A stretch of DNA of 40,883 nt from Catajapyx aquilonaris (Eukaryota), in assembly GCA_000934665.2 (NCBI GenBank), contig JYFJ02003505.1, positions 1 through 40,883 on the forward strand, given 5' to 3'. Below, piece by piece: positions 25,073-37,700 of the stretch (position 1 is its first letter; every line of letters starts with the position of its first letter). Position numbers and translations under genes: made by a program. The notes below the pieces were generated by a model that was not told the origin of the DNA, searched no databases, and saw only the letters and a list, made by a program, of their open reading frames with translations.

Positions 25073-25554
25073 CAGACTTCCCCGAAGGGCCATCTTTGTC
25101 CGAGGGCCTCGTAGGCAGCAGAGAAGGGCATGACCACAAGACCCACAAGGCAGTCTGCCATGGCCAGACTCATGATGAAGTAGTTGGTGACCGTGTGAAG
25201 GTACCTCTCCCGGACAACGGCAGCCAGCACCAGGCCATTTCCCAGCACGGTGGCCAAGCAGAAGGCCAGAAGCACAGCTCCCAGGGTGGCTTCCTCCAGC
25301 CTCAGCTCTTCTTCTTCTCCGTGTCCCTGGAGGCTCCAGTTGCCCGTTGCATTTCCTCCGCCTTCCGACCACCAGCTCTCGTTGCTGCTGGTCGCCCATC
25401 CCGAGTATGTTGTCTGGTGATGCGTTGAATGAGGGTCGGTCTGGTGCGTGTCCACCAGGAGGATCTCGTGCTGGTCCTTCTCCTGCGCCTGACCTTTCTC
25501 TGACATGAGGTTCCAGTGCCACACGGGGGCCAGGGACACGTTTCCCGACCACAT
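25073..25554 (-). CDS. Dop1R2: Dop1R2-type dopamine receptor, coding exon 1: N-terminus, TM1, TM2
   Basis: ATG at 25554 has A at -3 and an upstream in-frame TAA. N-glycosylation sequons NVS, NES, NAT, NWS; TM1 VLGNGLV; TM2 LAMADCLVGLVVMPF. Donor TG|gtacgg after 25073 (phase 2); 801-bp intron follows. Met17 (25506) is an alternative start. Confidence 0.92.
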
Positions 25555-25563
25555 CCTCCACGC

Positions 25564-25575
25564 TTACCACCGCAT
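25564..25575 (-). promoter_or_regulatory. Three-codon upstream ORF (Met-Arg-Trp-stop) in the receptor 5' leader
   Basis: ATG CGG TGG TAA GCG TGG AGG ATG. It lies downstream of the likely acceptors (cag at 25598-96 or 25592-90), so it should be in the mRNA. Confidence 0.5.
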
Positions 25576-25869
25576 ACTCACTCTCCTTTCTGGAACTGAA
25601 CGTGGACACAAAGAATTATTTATGCTTGTATTAATGCCGGCTGACAGGAAAAAAAGCCCACACTGTGTATTATATGATGACCCCCTGGTCATTGTTAGTT
25701 TCCAGGTTTTTTAGTCACGCTATTTCAGGTACAGTGTCATTATGTGTGCTGATACATCCGTCAGAAAGGATTTTCAGTATTGTTATCAAAAGCAGGTCCA
25801 GAGGTAGTGGTATAGTGTTGTGACATTGTCAGTAGTGCCTGCGGATGCATACGTAATATAATGGCACTA

Positions 25870-26203
25870 TTTTATTTATTTATTTATTTAATTAGTTACC
25901 CCGTTTCAGGGCAGGGCCCTCTTGGGGGAACACATCTCTCAGATACAGATCATCACCCATATAGCAGTACCCTGAAAAATAAATCCTTTTCCCCACATTA
26001 TCAAAAAAGTTAAATAGACGGTATGCCACCTCTTTTGGCAGGTTCCCAAACAATAGGTGAGTCTTATCGGCTGGAAAAACCCTAAGATCTGGCACAAAAT
26101 TCTTCCTGGGCGTAATAAAGAAAGGACAAATTGTACAAGACATGATGCAATGAGAAAATCTCGTGAGAGTTACACCAAGTACAGGGAAGTGTATCATCGA
26201 GCG
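25870..26203 (-). mobile_element. 5'-truncated LINE (ORF2 C-terminal zinc knuckle plus 3' tail); clade unresolved (RTEX- or I/Nimb-like)
   Basis: Perfect 11-bp TSD TAATGGCACTA at 25859-69 and 26204-14. (TAAA)n tail. Translation CTWCNSHEIFSLHHVLY(N) then, after a 1-nt frameshift near 26129, CPFFITPRKNF, giving C-X2-C-X9-H-X4-C. 3' stem-loop at 25896-25928. Confidence 0.85.
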
Positions 26204-26639
26204 TAATGGCACTACATTAGTTTATTATTATTATTATGGGCAGAAGCTGGTACTTTTATTGAATATTTTGCCTGCGGAGTAAAAGTGTGTTTTATATGGC
26301 GCACTTTCCATTGAGTGCACTACTGTACGCTTGTATTACTTCAAATCCGTAATAATAATAACATGGCAAATAAATATACTGTAATAGGCTACTATGGACT
26401 CTGCCGGCGCGCTTGTTGTTGAACAAGTAACTTTTCTTTTAGATTTAGACCAATCAATATAGTTCCCTATAAATATGTCAGACGAAAGAGATATCCCGTA
26501 AGCATGATCTTAGAATACTCAGGTCTGGACACTCCCACCTACCCCCTGCCGGGGCGTTTTGCAGGAGGTGCTCACCTGAGAGCGCCATGAGACCTTTCAC
26601 TGCTGGATTATGTGGCGACCCTACCGGACTACGCTGAAC

Positions 26640-26741
26640 TTTATAGGTACAAAAGGGAAGCGCTACATTGGGGGACCCAACATGGCCGCCGTCGACCATG
26701 TTGGGTCCCCCAATGTAGCGCTTCCCTTTTGTACCTATAAA
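26640..26741. repeat. Perfect inverted repeat with 46-bp arms and a 10-nt spacer; probable foldback mini-MITE
   Basis: 26640-26685 is the exact reverse complement of 26696-26741. Contains CAACATGGCCGCC. A TSD cannot be separated from the palindromic TTATA/TATAA ends. Confidence 0.9.
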
Positions 26742-26917
26742 AAACTGCCTTTAAAAAATTATTTTACGGTACGTGGCACTATAACATGCATTGTTATCTC
26801 TAAGGCTAACCTCCATTGGTATTTCAACAAAAGACTTTGTGTAGTCAATCATGAATACAATATGTCGAGTAGGATATTTCAGCAATGGATTTTATGCTGA
26901 GTTTTCCTCCTATCCAT

Positions 26918-26930
26918 GGGGGGGGGGGGG
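26918..26930. repeat. Poly-G tract (13 nt)
   Basis: Direct reading. Confidence 0.9.
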
Positions 26931-28246
26931 CGCTAAATATTATAGATTGATGCAGAAGAGCTTCTTCAGGTGTATTGAATTTAAATTCATCCTACAGTAT
27001 AATGCCAAAGTTTAAGGGTGAGATTACAATGCCTCAGAGCACATACGTGAGCACATACCGGAGCCGTCATTTACGCTTGGGAAATCAACGGTCAGTGGTG
27101 CTATACAGTATGGTTACTTGCAACATACTGCAGGCATTATTGAGACTGTATAATACGGATGGAGCAAAGGTTAGGTGGAAATGTCAGCACGGAAGTTCTC
27201 GGGAAGTTCTACTCTTCTTACAGTTATATTACGTCATATTAGCTCGATGTCGAGCGTGCTCTAGCTCATATACCATTTGTATGTGGCAGTTACATGTACT
27301 TATACATCCTGAACTTTGAGAAAGATCATTCTGCATTATTTACAAAGGTACAGTACTCTAATGCATAAATAATTATGTAGGGAATCAGGTATTCTATAGG
27401 ACATGTTTCACTTAGTTCGCTGACCATTTTGGTCCAAATGGTGCTTGATAGTGAGAAAAATGAAAGCAAGAATTGCAAAACAGTTGTAACTAATACTGTA
27501 TATCTGATACAGAGGTCAGAAGATTGCAAATTTGCAACATTTTTTAGGTCGAAGTGCACACAGAAGTCTCTAAGAAACTGGAATAATTTTATTTCAAATT
27601 TGTTAGGTTTTTGCAATGTAAATCGTATACTATGGCTATGCTAATTATTGCAAGGTTTTACCCCTCCCCATCTATCTGGTATCCCACCTCACTTTTGTAG
27701 TCTAGCTGACTATTAATTACGAATAGAGACTCACCCCAATTTCATCCGCGATTTTGCATCGGTTAAACTTATAATTAGCCTCCCTTGAAGTACCGTATAT
27801 AAGGCTGGATAGCCACCCGGTGTGAATCCTGTGCTGACACATGCAGGAATTCATTATACACTGCACAGGCAACTGCAGCATGTATATCGGTATACTGTAC
27901 ACTGTAGAGTATTTTTATTTCACAGAGTGAAAGTACTGTAATGAGCTATCGGTGAGATTTACACTGTGTATTGCAATGAAAATGTCTACAGTATTTAGAC
28001 ATTTTGTCGCATCATGCGTTTTAGAAGTGGCAGAAAATTATTAGCATCATACAGTGTGTTATGTAGATTCATCATCCCTTAACCCTGTCAGGTCTCGGCT
28101 GCGAAAATGTGGGCTCAGCCATTGACTTTTGGTGTCAGTAGTCTCGCAATGTCTTACGTTCAGCAAATGATTGCTGTTCTAGGCCTAAGGGGATTCTTTA
28201 ATTCAGCCAAATACTAACAGTGGGTAATGTTATTATAATTGATAAT

Positions 28247-28528
28247 ACCGAAGCAGTTTGGTGGAGTGGCTATAGGGTCCGACTGCTAATCGGGAGGTGC
28301 TGGGTTCGAGCCCCGGGGTCGGCAACTCTAACCGTGGTTTTCTGTGGTTTCCCACGGTCCCTCCAGGAAAATTCCGGAGTTGTTTCCTAAATTAATAGGC
28401 CACAGCCGCCTCCTTCCTTCCCTATCCTATCCCAACAAGCAAAGTAAAAAATGTACGCAAGAGTTCCAGACAAAACAAAAATCCCCCCTAAAGAGCCGAA
28501 AAAGGCTGATAACGGGGTAAGATATTAA
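28247..28528 (+). mobile_element. Full-length tRNA-derived SINE (tRNA head, Deu/Nin-like core, LINE-type 3' stem-loop tail)
   Basis: A box TGGTGGAGTGG (28259-69) and B box GGTTCGAGCCC (28303-13), with intact anticodon and T stems. Core GTGGTTTTCTGTGGTTTCCC...CTCCAGG...AGGCCACAGCCGCCTCCTTCC resembles Deu-domain SINEs as I recall them. 16-bp TSD TATTATAAT(T/C)GATAAT at 28231-46 and 28529-44. Confidence 0.88.
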
Positions 28529-31500
28529 TATTATAATCGATAATTGTTGGAAAAAAAACTGTTTCGTAATAAGTAGCGTAGTTCCAAATTGCCGCTTGCC
28601 ACTTCTAACATTTCAATTGTCACGTACGTGCAACTAATTAAGCTGGACGTTTTGACGTCACCATAAAATACAGTCATCATAAGTCTGCTGTGACTGATAC
28701 AGTGTGAACCTTTATAGATAATATGGTAATATGCTCCAGTCGCCAGTGGAATTCCCAACCGTTGATCGATTTATACTCCATATATTGTAACATTCCTCGT
28801 TTAAACCGAACCACTGTATTAATCAATCTGCCAATTCATTATGCAAAATACACTCTAATTAGAACCGGAATTAATAGCAAAGCGGAAATAAAATGTATCC
28901 AATAGTACATAAATTTGCACATCTTTCTGGTCTCATACAAAAACCGTTTGTTTCTAACGAATATCCCATAAAAGACACACTGGATGTCATTATCTTATCG
29001 ACTTTGATTGAACACCTTCTGTCGGGTGTGATCTTCACCGCGTATCGATAAGACCAGTATGATAATTGCTACCAAGTTGGCTCCCTGCACTTTTCTGTCT
29101 CCGGTCCGATATCCAAGAAGTTATATGGTATATGTGTCAGAAAATAATCTGCGCACGGGTCCCAACCAACGTAGAGTGCAAGCCGAGTAATTGTGGCTTT
29201 GAAAATGCAAATTGCATGCATGAATTCAGCATAGCGATCGGCTGGTTGATCCAACAGCTGCCTCTGCCTGCTTCAATGTGTACAGCATCTTTCTATACCA
29301 AAACCCTCGACACAAACTAGCTGTTTTCGTTCGTCACTGATGGCGGGAGAAATGGCATTGTAATTAGGAAAGTCTGCCCCCCCCCACAGGGTCCATCTTC
29401 TTATTTGCGTGGGCTTGATTTTGCAAATTTGTGCAAAAGACCCCAAGAGACGTGCGACTCAACTTTCTTCTTTTGTGGGAGGGATCCAAAGTAAAAATAC
29501 CTCCTCCCTGGTGTGTAAACATTATATCCCGCCGCGTTCAAGTTTTGCAACTGTTCTCACGGAGAATTAGTTTCTAGGCGCCGTTGCTGTTGGCCTATGA
29601 AAAGCAAGTAACGGCACATGAGACAATTACCTAATCTGCTAATATCGAGAGAGGCAAGAATTTTCCTGATTACACTTTGCCAATATGCGACTAAAAAGGG
29701 CTGCGCTGTCCATCCCATGTATTTCAGGTGAGACGAGGATAACTTTACAGATTTTTAAAGGGAGTAATTACAACGATGATTTATGGTAAATTGATAATAA
29801 TGGCCCATACCCCCAGACGCAATCTGGGAGAAAACTTTTTACGAGGCTCTCAAGTGGGACTTGTAGCAATTTGGGTGTCGTCTGATCAAATTAGCCAACC
29901 ACATTTATGCCCCTGCATTAAAGGAGTGACAAAATAGCCTTGCTATGTATGTATTCTTTATCATCGTCGCTAAATTGAAAAATGTGCGTTCTTTTCCACG
30001 TTGAAAATCTCCCGGATTAATTATCCTCGATAACGATTCTAGGACACGTAAATCTCCAACCTCAATTAAGTCAAAACCTTCGTATATAGTTTGAGGGTCT
30101 CTCACTCTTGTAGATCTTTAGAGAGGGGAAGTAAGGTGTAAAATTGTGACCTGGCAGATAGCTAGGAAGTTGCGACTAGATCATTAGTTACTGTAATGCA
30201 GCAATTAAGTCCGAAACTCGATGAAGCAAAGTTGTGAGAGAGGGTTATGGAAACTGAGGTTATGTCTGCGTGACATTTCGCAAACCAGACCCATTTTGGC
30301 CTTGGCTTTTGAACGTGACTATTGGAATTTTATTATTTGGAGGACTTCAACTCTGCGACTCAGTGTGTGTGAATGCTGCATTCTTGGATAGACTCCAGAG
30401 TTATCCTCCAGTGATTTCCCGGGGATTCTGTCAGATCCATCAAGATTTTCAGCGGGAAACCAATTGGGTTGAGTTTGTGGTAGGCCTTGTAATCTACGAG
30501 TCTCTGCTCCGAGTCGATCCGCGACCATTTGTCGGACCATTTCAAACACCGCACGCGTCCAGAACAGTGAAAAACTGCCAGGCAGTGACTCCCCAGAATT
30601 TCATATCCCACTCGGATTGTTACAGGTCCAGCCATTGTCATAACAAAAAATGGATCTTTTTTTGTCTGCTTTTTTTTTTAAAAAAAAATGCGGATGTTGA
30701 GCATAGGGTTTGGAAGGGAACAATAGGTGGAAATAGCATGCTGACCAGATGTTGCTTTATTCGGGGGATGCAGATCTATCCTTTTTTCCCCGTGGCAGCA
30801 ACATACTTACAGTGCACGATAATATACCAGGGGACGCCCAACAAAATATTTGTTTTTGTTATATCGTTTCATATGCTACGGAGTGTGATGTAGGCGGATT
30901 GCCAGTTTATGTTTTAATCCCGATAGGTAAGCATTAAAGGGAGATATGAATGGCGACCGTAATTTCGATAACTTTTTTTTTTTTTACAAACGGGAGATAC
31001 GTATGAGCTGGTTTAAGTTTGACAGGACCGCTTGTTGGCCTTTATCGGCGGTATTATTATGTCTCTCGGGATTACATCTCATCATGTAGCGTTGCTGCCT
31101 GGATTTATCGAACAGGTTTTACTAAAATTCTGAATACCTAGTTACCTACTAGCTAGGGAAGAACAGAGAAAATATGTAATTTGGACATGTCACAGCTCCA
31201 GATTATTACACAAAAAGATCTACTGTGAAAGTGACATATTTCGATATCAATTTTAATGTATAACATTTTCAATACCTCTTCAATTCAATAGGCCTTATTG
31301 GGTCTAATAATATTACTTTTTTTTTGGGTTCGCCTGGGTGTAAAATAGCAGGACCAGCCTAACCTGTGGCAATACAACCATCATTTACTGGACCCGCAAG
31401 ATTTACTCGAGCCAAGCTTACAGATAATGTGATATGACCTTGGAAACATCCAACTGTGGTGCTACACCAAACAGGGTCTGACAAAGATGACAACAGAGCG

Positions 31501-34500
31501 TGGAGGCTTAACGACACTGGCACCAATTTAATGCCCAGATTACTAGGGATTCACGCCAATGCATAACTTGGAATAAGCTGTTGTTATAGTTCTAATGCAA
31601 ATAGGCCCATAGTAATGTCATGAACCTTAAAGTGGTAGACAGAATCCATTCCAACAATAACAAATACGTATTTCCTACCCTAAAAGGACACATACCAGGT
31701 TCTAATCTGGATAGTGAACATAGCATGTTGTATACTATGTTCTAGAATATGAAAGTAGCAGACCGCTCAAAAATATTGAGACGAATTTGAGATTCGCTTG
31801 TGCAAGATACTTTCAATCTTTTTGAGTGATGTCACATGTCATGCACCCACTCCAGTCCCTAGTACACCTTATTTTACTTACATGTATTAAAGTTAAGCAT
31901 TATTATGTAAGCCTATTAAATGCCACCAATCCGGAAAATTTCACACTGAAATAGTACAAGCACTTGGGTACACCAGCACTTGGGTCGCTGACTACCACTT
32001 TTTCATGTAGGGTTGCTCCTTCTGTATTTATGACTGCAAAGGACAGTGTTCCCATTGCAAACATAGAGTGTTAAGTCGACGTGAATTCTAATATGAAAAT
32101 ATGAGACACTCCCAGTTTAATTCATTTGAAACCTGGCAAAAATAAATATTCATTTTATAAATGCACCCTGCCTATTCCCAGGCTTTTCTGTGGGGGCATC
32201 ACCAGGAGGCCTGATGTATATAGGCAGGAATTATGGTAATTCTCTCACATTAAAGGGGGATCCATAAGAGGTGAAAAAATGAGAAGCGACTCCTGAATTC
32301 GGCCACTTTCTGAATGAAGCGAAATGAGCTGAAAACAGAGTTAAGGCGCTGTAAGATATGGGAGGGAATTATTCAAGAAGCGATTATTAACCGGGTGTCT
32401 CTGAATCCCTCTTTTGACACCCGGACTCAATGAGGACGAATGGCGCATAATTCTTAATCAGAACCGTTATGCAGCTATCTGCACAGATGCACTTGACACG
32501 GGGGGGCTTTAATGAAAAGAGCAGGGGCCACGACCTGAAGGGTGAAAGAATGTGTTCTTATGACCAACAGGCTTTCTTCCGGCTCTAATTTTAACTCTCT
32601 TGCAAGCCTTTTCCCGACCCCAACATTCAACAAACATGCTAGCGAATTATGTGCCCGCAACTAGTTTTTTCTCTAGAAGAAAATAGTTTAACACAGCCTG
32701 TATACCAGAGGGTTCCATCATTTTGTTGCGAATTTTTTGCAATCGTGGGTTATAATTTTTAAATCTACATGCTTGGGGATAAGTTATAGGACGACATTCT
32801 TTAAACCAAGTTATGTAAGGATGAAGCTTCTGGCGAAAGTTTCGATAATGGTAATGAAAAAGGCAGAGCTGCTTGTGTCGCCCAGCGTGATATATACCGG
32901 AATGTGTGGTGTTCATAATGTCTGGAGGCAGGTGGGAAAGGTGCTAATTAAGCAACAAGGCCACCGCTTTGTCAATGCTGCTTTACTTTTAGGCTGTAGA
33001 GAACTTATGAGACCCACTGCTTCACTAAGAGTGCGTAATGATGAAGAATAGTTACGTAACAGCCGTTTAACGACTCCCCAATGTGATAGCGTTACTAATT
33101 TTAACTTCGCTAAGTTGAGATTTAGATGGAGCAAAGTTTCTGCACTGTGTAACACGACGGCCGTTACAGTCATCCACTAGTTTTTTGCGATGTTACAGTG
33201 TTCACTTGAAACAAATCCGTCCCTGGTGCAATATTAATATCTTTTAAATATGGAAGAGTATTTACAAAATTTGCATGCTTTATTGCGCATGAAATTTAAA
33301 CATGTAGTCTTCTGTTTCTACCTTTGTCAATTAATAGAAACCAATTTCACAGACAAAAAGACTGTTTTTGCAACAATGTAGAGGTGGGATTATTTTTTTG
33401 TCCGTATCACATAATACAGTATGTCGGATTTAGCTGTTCGTGACTCTCTTTCCGTTTGGGATGAGAGTCTTTTGCTCCTAGATCTCCTCATTGATCCAAC
33501 TTTCCGTGACAAGTTGTCATTTACGACAATGTCGTTTGATTCGATGGCAACTCCAGACGCAATCTGCTGACAACGTCGCTTGCATTTCCGAAAATGCGAT
33601 GCCGTCCACTTCTCTCTCTCTTTATTTGGCAAACTGCAACAGTGCACAGGGAAAACTCTCCTGCTTATAGGATCCTGTTTATATCTTCATAGAGCCCCCT
33701 TGGAGAAGCGATTCCATTTTTTCTCCATTTTCCATTCCATTTCCAGAATATTATTCAGTCATAGGAAAATAAATTTTTAAACTTCTTCCTACAGTGGATT
33801 ATAATTTGACTGTATATTTGAACAAAAGGTCATTCTTTTTTGTAATGCACTCTCATAAACTGTGCATGGATATATGCCCTTACTTAGACATTTGCCCAGT
33901 TCAAATGTCACGACCTTTCGCGTGTCTTCCTATAATTATGGCAGAGTTAAGAAGTTTGTTTGCTCGGGCTGTTAATGTCCGAAGCTATTCCCATCACTAT
34001 TTTGGAAGGTTACGTGAACTAAGGATGTTTGCTCCGATTTGAAATTTTAAGATTTGTTTAATTAAGCTTTATGACTCTCCCAACTTAAAATGAAGGGTGT
34101 AGGAGACCAGAGCAGGCAAGGCCCGAGATCAAAATTATTTGAGTTATTAGTCCCTGTGACATCCTTATCAGTGGGGAATGTTGTGGCAGAGAGGGCTAAG
34201 CTGAGCCGCTATTCCAGTTCAACCTTATAATTAGGCCTATCACATGCGGGTTCCAAGCGAAACTTTACCATCGCAATTGCAGTTAAGTCAAATGACCAAC
34301 AGCTGGTTCAATCAGACTCTACAGTCCTCATGCTTTTGAGAGAAGTTAATGAGGCGGGATATACGATCGTCCAAATAAGCAAGTTTAAAGTAAAATGTGA
34401 AGCAGTGGGATGGAAACCCACTCACCTCCCACTGTTTTACCCGAGGTTTTTCCTATATACCATATGCTCATCAATTAATATGCGATTTGTGTGGGATGCA

Positions 34501-34714
34501 CTATTCTGCAGGTATATAGATGATGTTTGAAGAACAGAAAAACGCCAGCAGCAATGTTAAATGTCAAAAGACTATAATATAGTGTTCCACGATTTTTTAA
34601 AAAAAAATCATGTTTCACTGTGTAGTACGGTACGTAATAAAAATTGCAGCACCAGATCACCACTGCAAGCGAACACATAGTAATACTCAGTACCACTCAT
34701 GATGAGAATCATCT

Positions 34715-34783
34715 GTCCGCCATTCGGAATCGAACTCTGCACCTCATATATAGACGTGAGGCTGTGGCTATTTACATTGCCAT
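34715..34783 (-). mobile_element. Decayed tRNA-derived SINE head
   Basis: Minus strand TGGCAATGTAAATAG...CCTCA/TGAGG stem...AGTTCGATTCC (B-box-like, plus 34726-36), at tRNA-like spacing. Confidence 0.35.
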
Positions 34784-37700
34784 TCTTTGCCCAATTTATT
34801 AACAGTTAAATAACTGAATTGCGAGCGGTGGTTCCAAAAGGACATGATCAATTTACACGTCCCGTTCTGGTAATCCGAGTGGCAATGGATTAAGGGAAGA
34901 AGTGCAGTACTGCGTTCGGCATCGGCATTTGTGCATTGGATTACACTTCTCTTTCATGCGGGTACTTTTACCTCGCATTAGAGGTTTTCATTGTATGTTG
35001 TGCTTCCGTTTTATAACGTAGAATTGCTAAATTATAAAAGCTCGTTAAGCTCGTTAAGGTAATCAAGCTCGTTTGTGAAAAAGTCGTGGCTTATTAATAT
35101 ACGTGAACTAGAAAAGTAACGTGGGTGTGACAAAATGGCTTTGAAGTGTCGGAAAATAGAAAAGTGGTGAGTTAGGTGGGAAAAGCGATATCAGGCGGGA
35201 CCTATACGGAGTGTGCCAGCGTGACTTTAAATAATTTTACTCAAACAGATGGCTCCTTGCCATATACTCCCCTACTCTGCTCTCAAAGCATATTAATTTT
35301 CGTGAGATCCTCATTTCGGCACTGCTGTTCTTTTTATAATTGGCACACTGTAATTGCAATGCGATTCAAAATTGTGTAATGTAATAGTCTGAACTCGCTT
35401 CCTGTCGAACCAACACTTATTAACAATCTGCATTGAAATAGGTGAAACTAACGATCCGATGCAGTACATATAGTTACTGTCTATGGTACACAAAATAGCG
35501 CCTAACTTCGAGAACCCCGTAATGCTAAGGTAAATTACTACGTTGCAGTATTGTCCATTATTGTCCAAAATAATCATTACTTTTAAATTTCACTGTTCAA
35601 AGTTCACAGTTTGCGCAGATTTACTGCTGATCACCAGGTGGACGGATATTAAAATTACGTGAACTAGCTGCCAATATTATTAAAAATATCACATTAATAA
35701 ATGTGACTCGTTTTGACAATACCTTTTATGCAATGCTTAAAAGTTTAATTTCATTTTTTCAGAAATATAGACGAAACGTTTTCTTTGTTTCCCCAGAAAA
35801 TGACGAATCGCACCCTTTCAACTTCTCACCCCAGTTGTTAGGTCCACGTGTGAAGCATTGCCTGCTGCCAAGCGAGCCAATCATGGGGAGACAAATATAA
35901 ATCTATCCCAGTCACGGCCAAGGGTACGTGCAAAGTGACCTACGTACTATTCTGAGCCTCCTTCCCTGGACCACCACTAAACAAGCACAAAATTCTTTCT
36001 CACTGATGAACCTTCCTTCAATACCTGTCACGCCGACAGCTCAGCTCAAATCACCAGCCCGCCGAGATGACATTTCCACTCCGGTCCAAAAACACAGCAC
36101 TAATCCAAAAAAAAAAACCCCACGTGGACCACGCTACTTCTTATTTGCTCTCAACAAAAATTTCCCCCAAAAATATGAATAAGTGGCACACACTTAAGTG
36201 AGCGCACACAATTTCTGCTTCCGACCGATCTCCCCGCTCAGACTCGACTGCTGGGCCTCAATCGGCTATTCCAAAACCCACCCACCCACCCTTCTCCTCC
36301 TTCCTCCCTCACCCCCTTTTCCCACCTATCCCTCCCCATACCTCCCCCGCTACATACACTCCTTGTTGCACCCACGTCACATCACCACACATGCTGCAAG
36401 TGTGGGTGTCGACCTGCTCGGCTGCCCAGGGGATAACAATGCACTTGACAGGCGGGGGGTACCGAAACAATGGTGATTCTCATCGTATGTTATCATTGCC
36501 TGCGTGGTCTCACTAATGAATAACGAGCCACTGTCTCACTTTTTTGGGGGGTGACAATGTAATGTGGTTAGAGCAGCCGCAAATCAGAAGTCATTTTCAT
36601 ATATAACTCGGTTGGGGGAAACCAGCCAGTTCATGAAATTATTACAGTACAGGAGCATTTGAGTGATGTCGTTTGAAGGCTGAGTTAGCACACCTTTTTT
36701 TGGGGTACCCGGCACTTTTTGCGTGCCCAAGTTCGTCGTAATCAATTAATTACACGCGTATACAGTGCCTCTAATTGAATATAAAGTTCATTCAGGAAAT
36801 GCAAATCAAATCAATACAATCCACAACGGAGCGAGCACGTTTCTGGCGCCGAATGCTAATAATTGGTTTATCTCAAATCAGCATCCAGACCTCAACTTTG
36901 TAATGGAGTTACATCTTGAACGCAGCACACAGCGAGTCATTCCAAGCCGAGTATGAAATCAGCTAGAACTCTGAAAATAATATAAGGGCCTACCCTCCGC
37001 ATTGTTGAGATTATGATCACACCCTTGCTGAGATGGCCATGATTCAAGGAAGCTCATAAGCCACAAAGCGAGGGGCTGGTGACGACATCGCGTCAATGAT
37101 GGTGACATCACAGCAGGCTCTGGTATTCACAATGGGCCAGTTGTGGTCTGGCCAGCCTTGTGGTGACATTCTGCAGGTCTGCTCTGATTCAGTTCTGCGG
37201 TGTACATAGTGTGAGATTAGCATGTAGTTTGTGAGCTGGTATGTACTTAAGTCAAAAAAAGTTTAGGCCAGGCATATTTGTTGTTGATGCCTAATTTACA
37301 TGTTAATTTGAGCGAATACACAATCCTGATGAAGTGCATGGAATGATTTGAGTCCAGATCGATCCCGATGGCGTATATGTTGAGTGATTGGTGTGTTTAA
37401 AAATGGCGTCGTAATCACTAGAATCACTCGGGAGCAACAAAGGATTCCTCAAGCGCTAAAGACGTTGTTGTGCAACTCGGGCATAAGGAAAGGCCCAAGT
37501 GAATATTTGATAGGATTTAATGGGCGATCGTCAGCTGCAAATGTTCACACGATGAATATTCTCGGGCTGTCAACTTTCCATTGGACCCGGAGGATCGTTT
37601 ACACTCCAATTGGAGCTGCCATCCTCCCTCCTCCTGCCACCCCCTTCCACTCGGCCCCTATGCAGATTAAAAACGGCTGATAATTAATTAATCAGCGCGG

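Noticed and set aside
23312..25609. Long overlapping ORFs (23312-23758 +, 23858-24346 -, 23987-24289 +, 24958-25428 +, 24998-25609 -)
   Set aside because: Alternative-frame or antisense shadows of GC-rich receptor exons; no independent motifs.
28247..28323. Functional tRNA-Ser(GCT) gene
   Set aside because: The acceptor stem does not pair, there is no long variable arm, and it continues into a SINE body with a TSD.
30270..30893. 207-aa plus-strand ORF
   Set aside because: GTG start, runs through homopolymer tracts, and shows no recognisable domain or splice structure.
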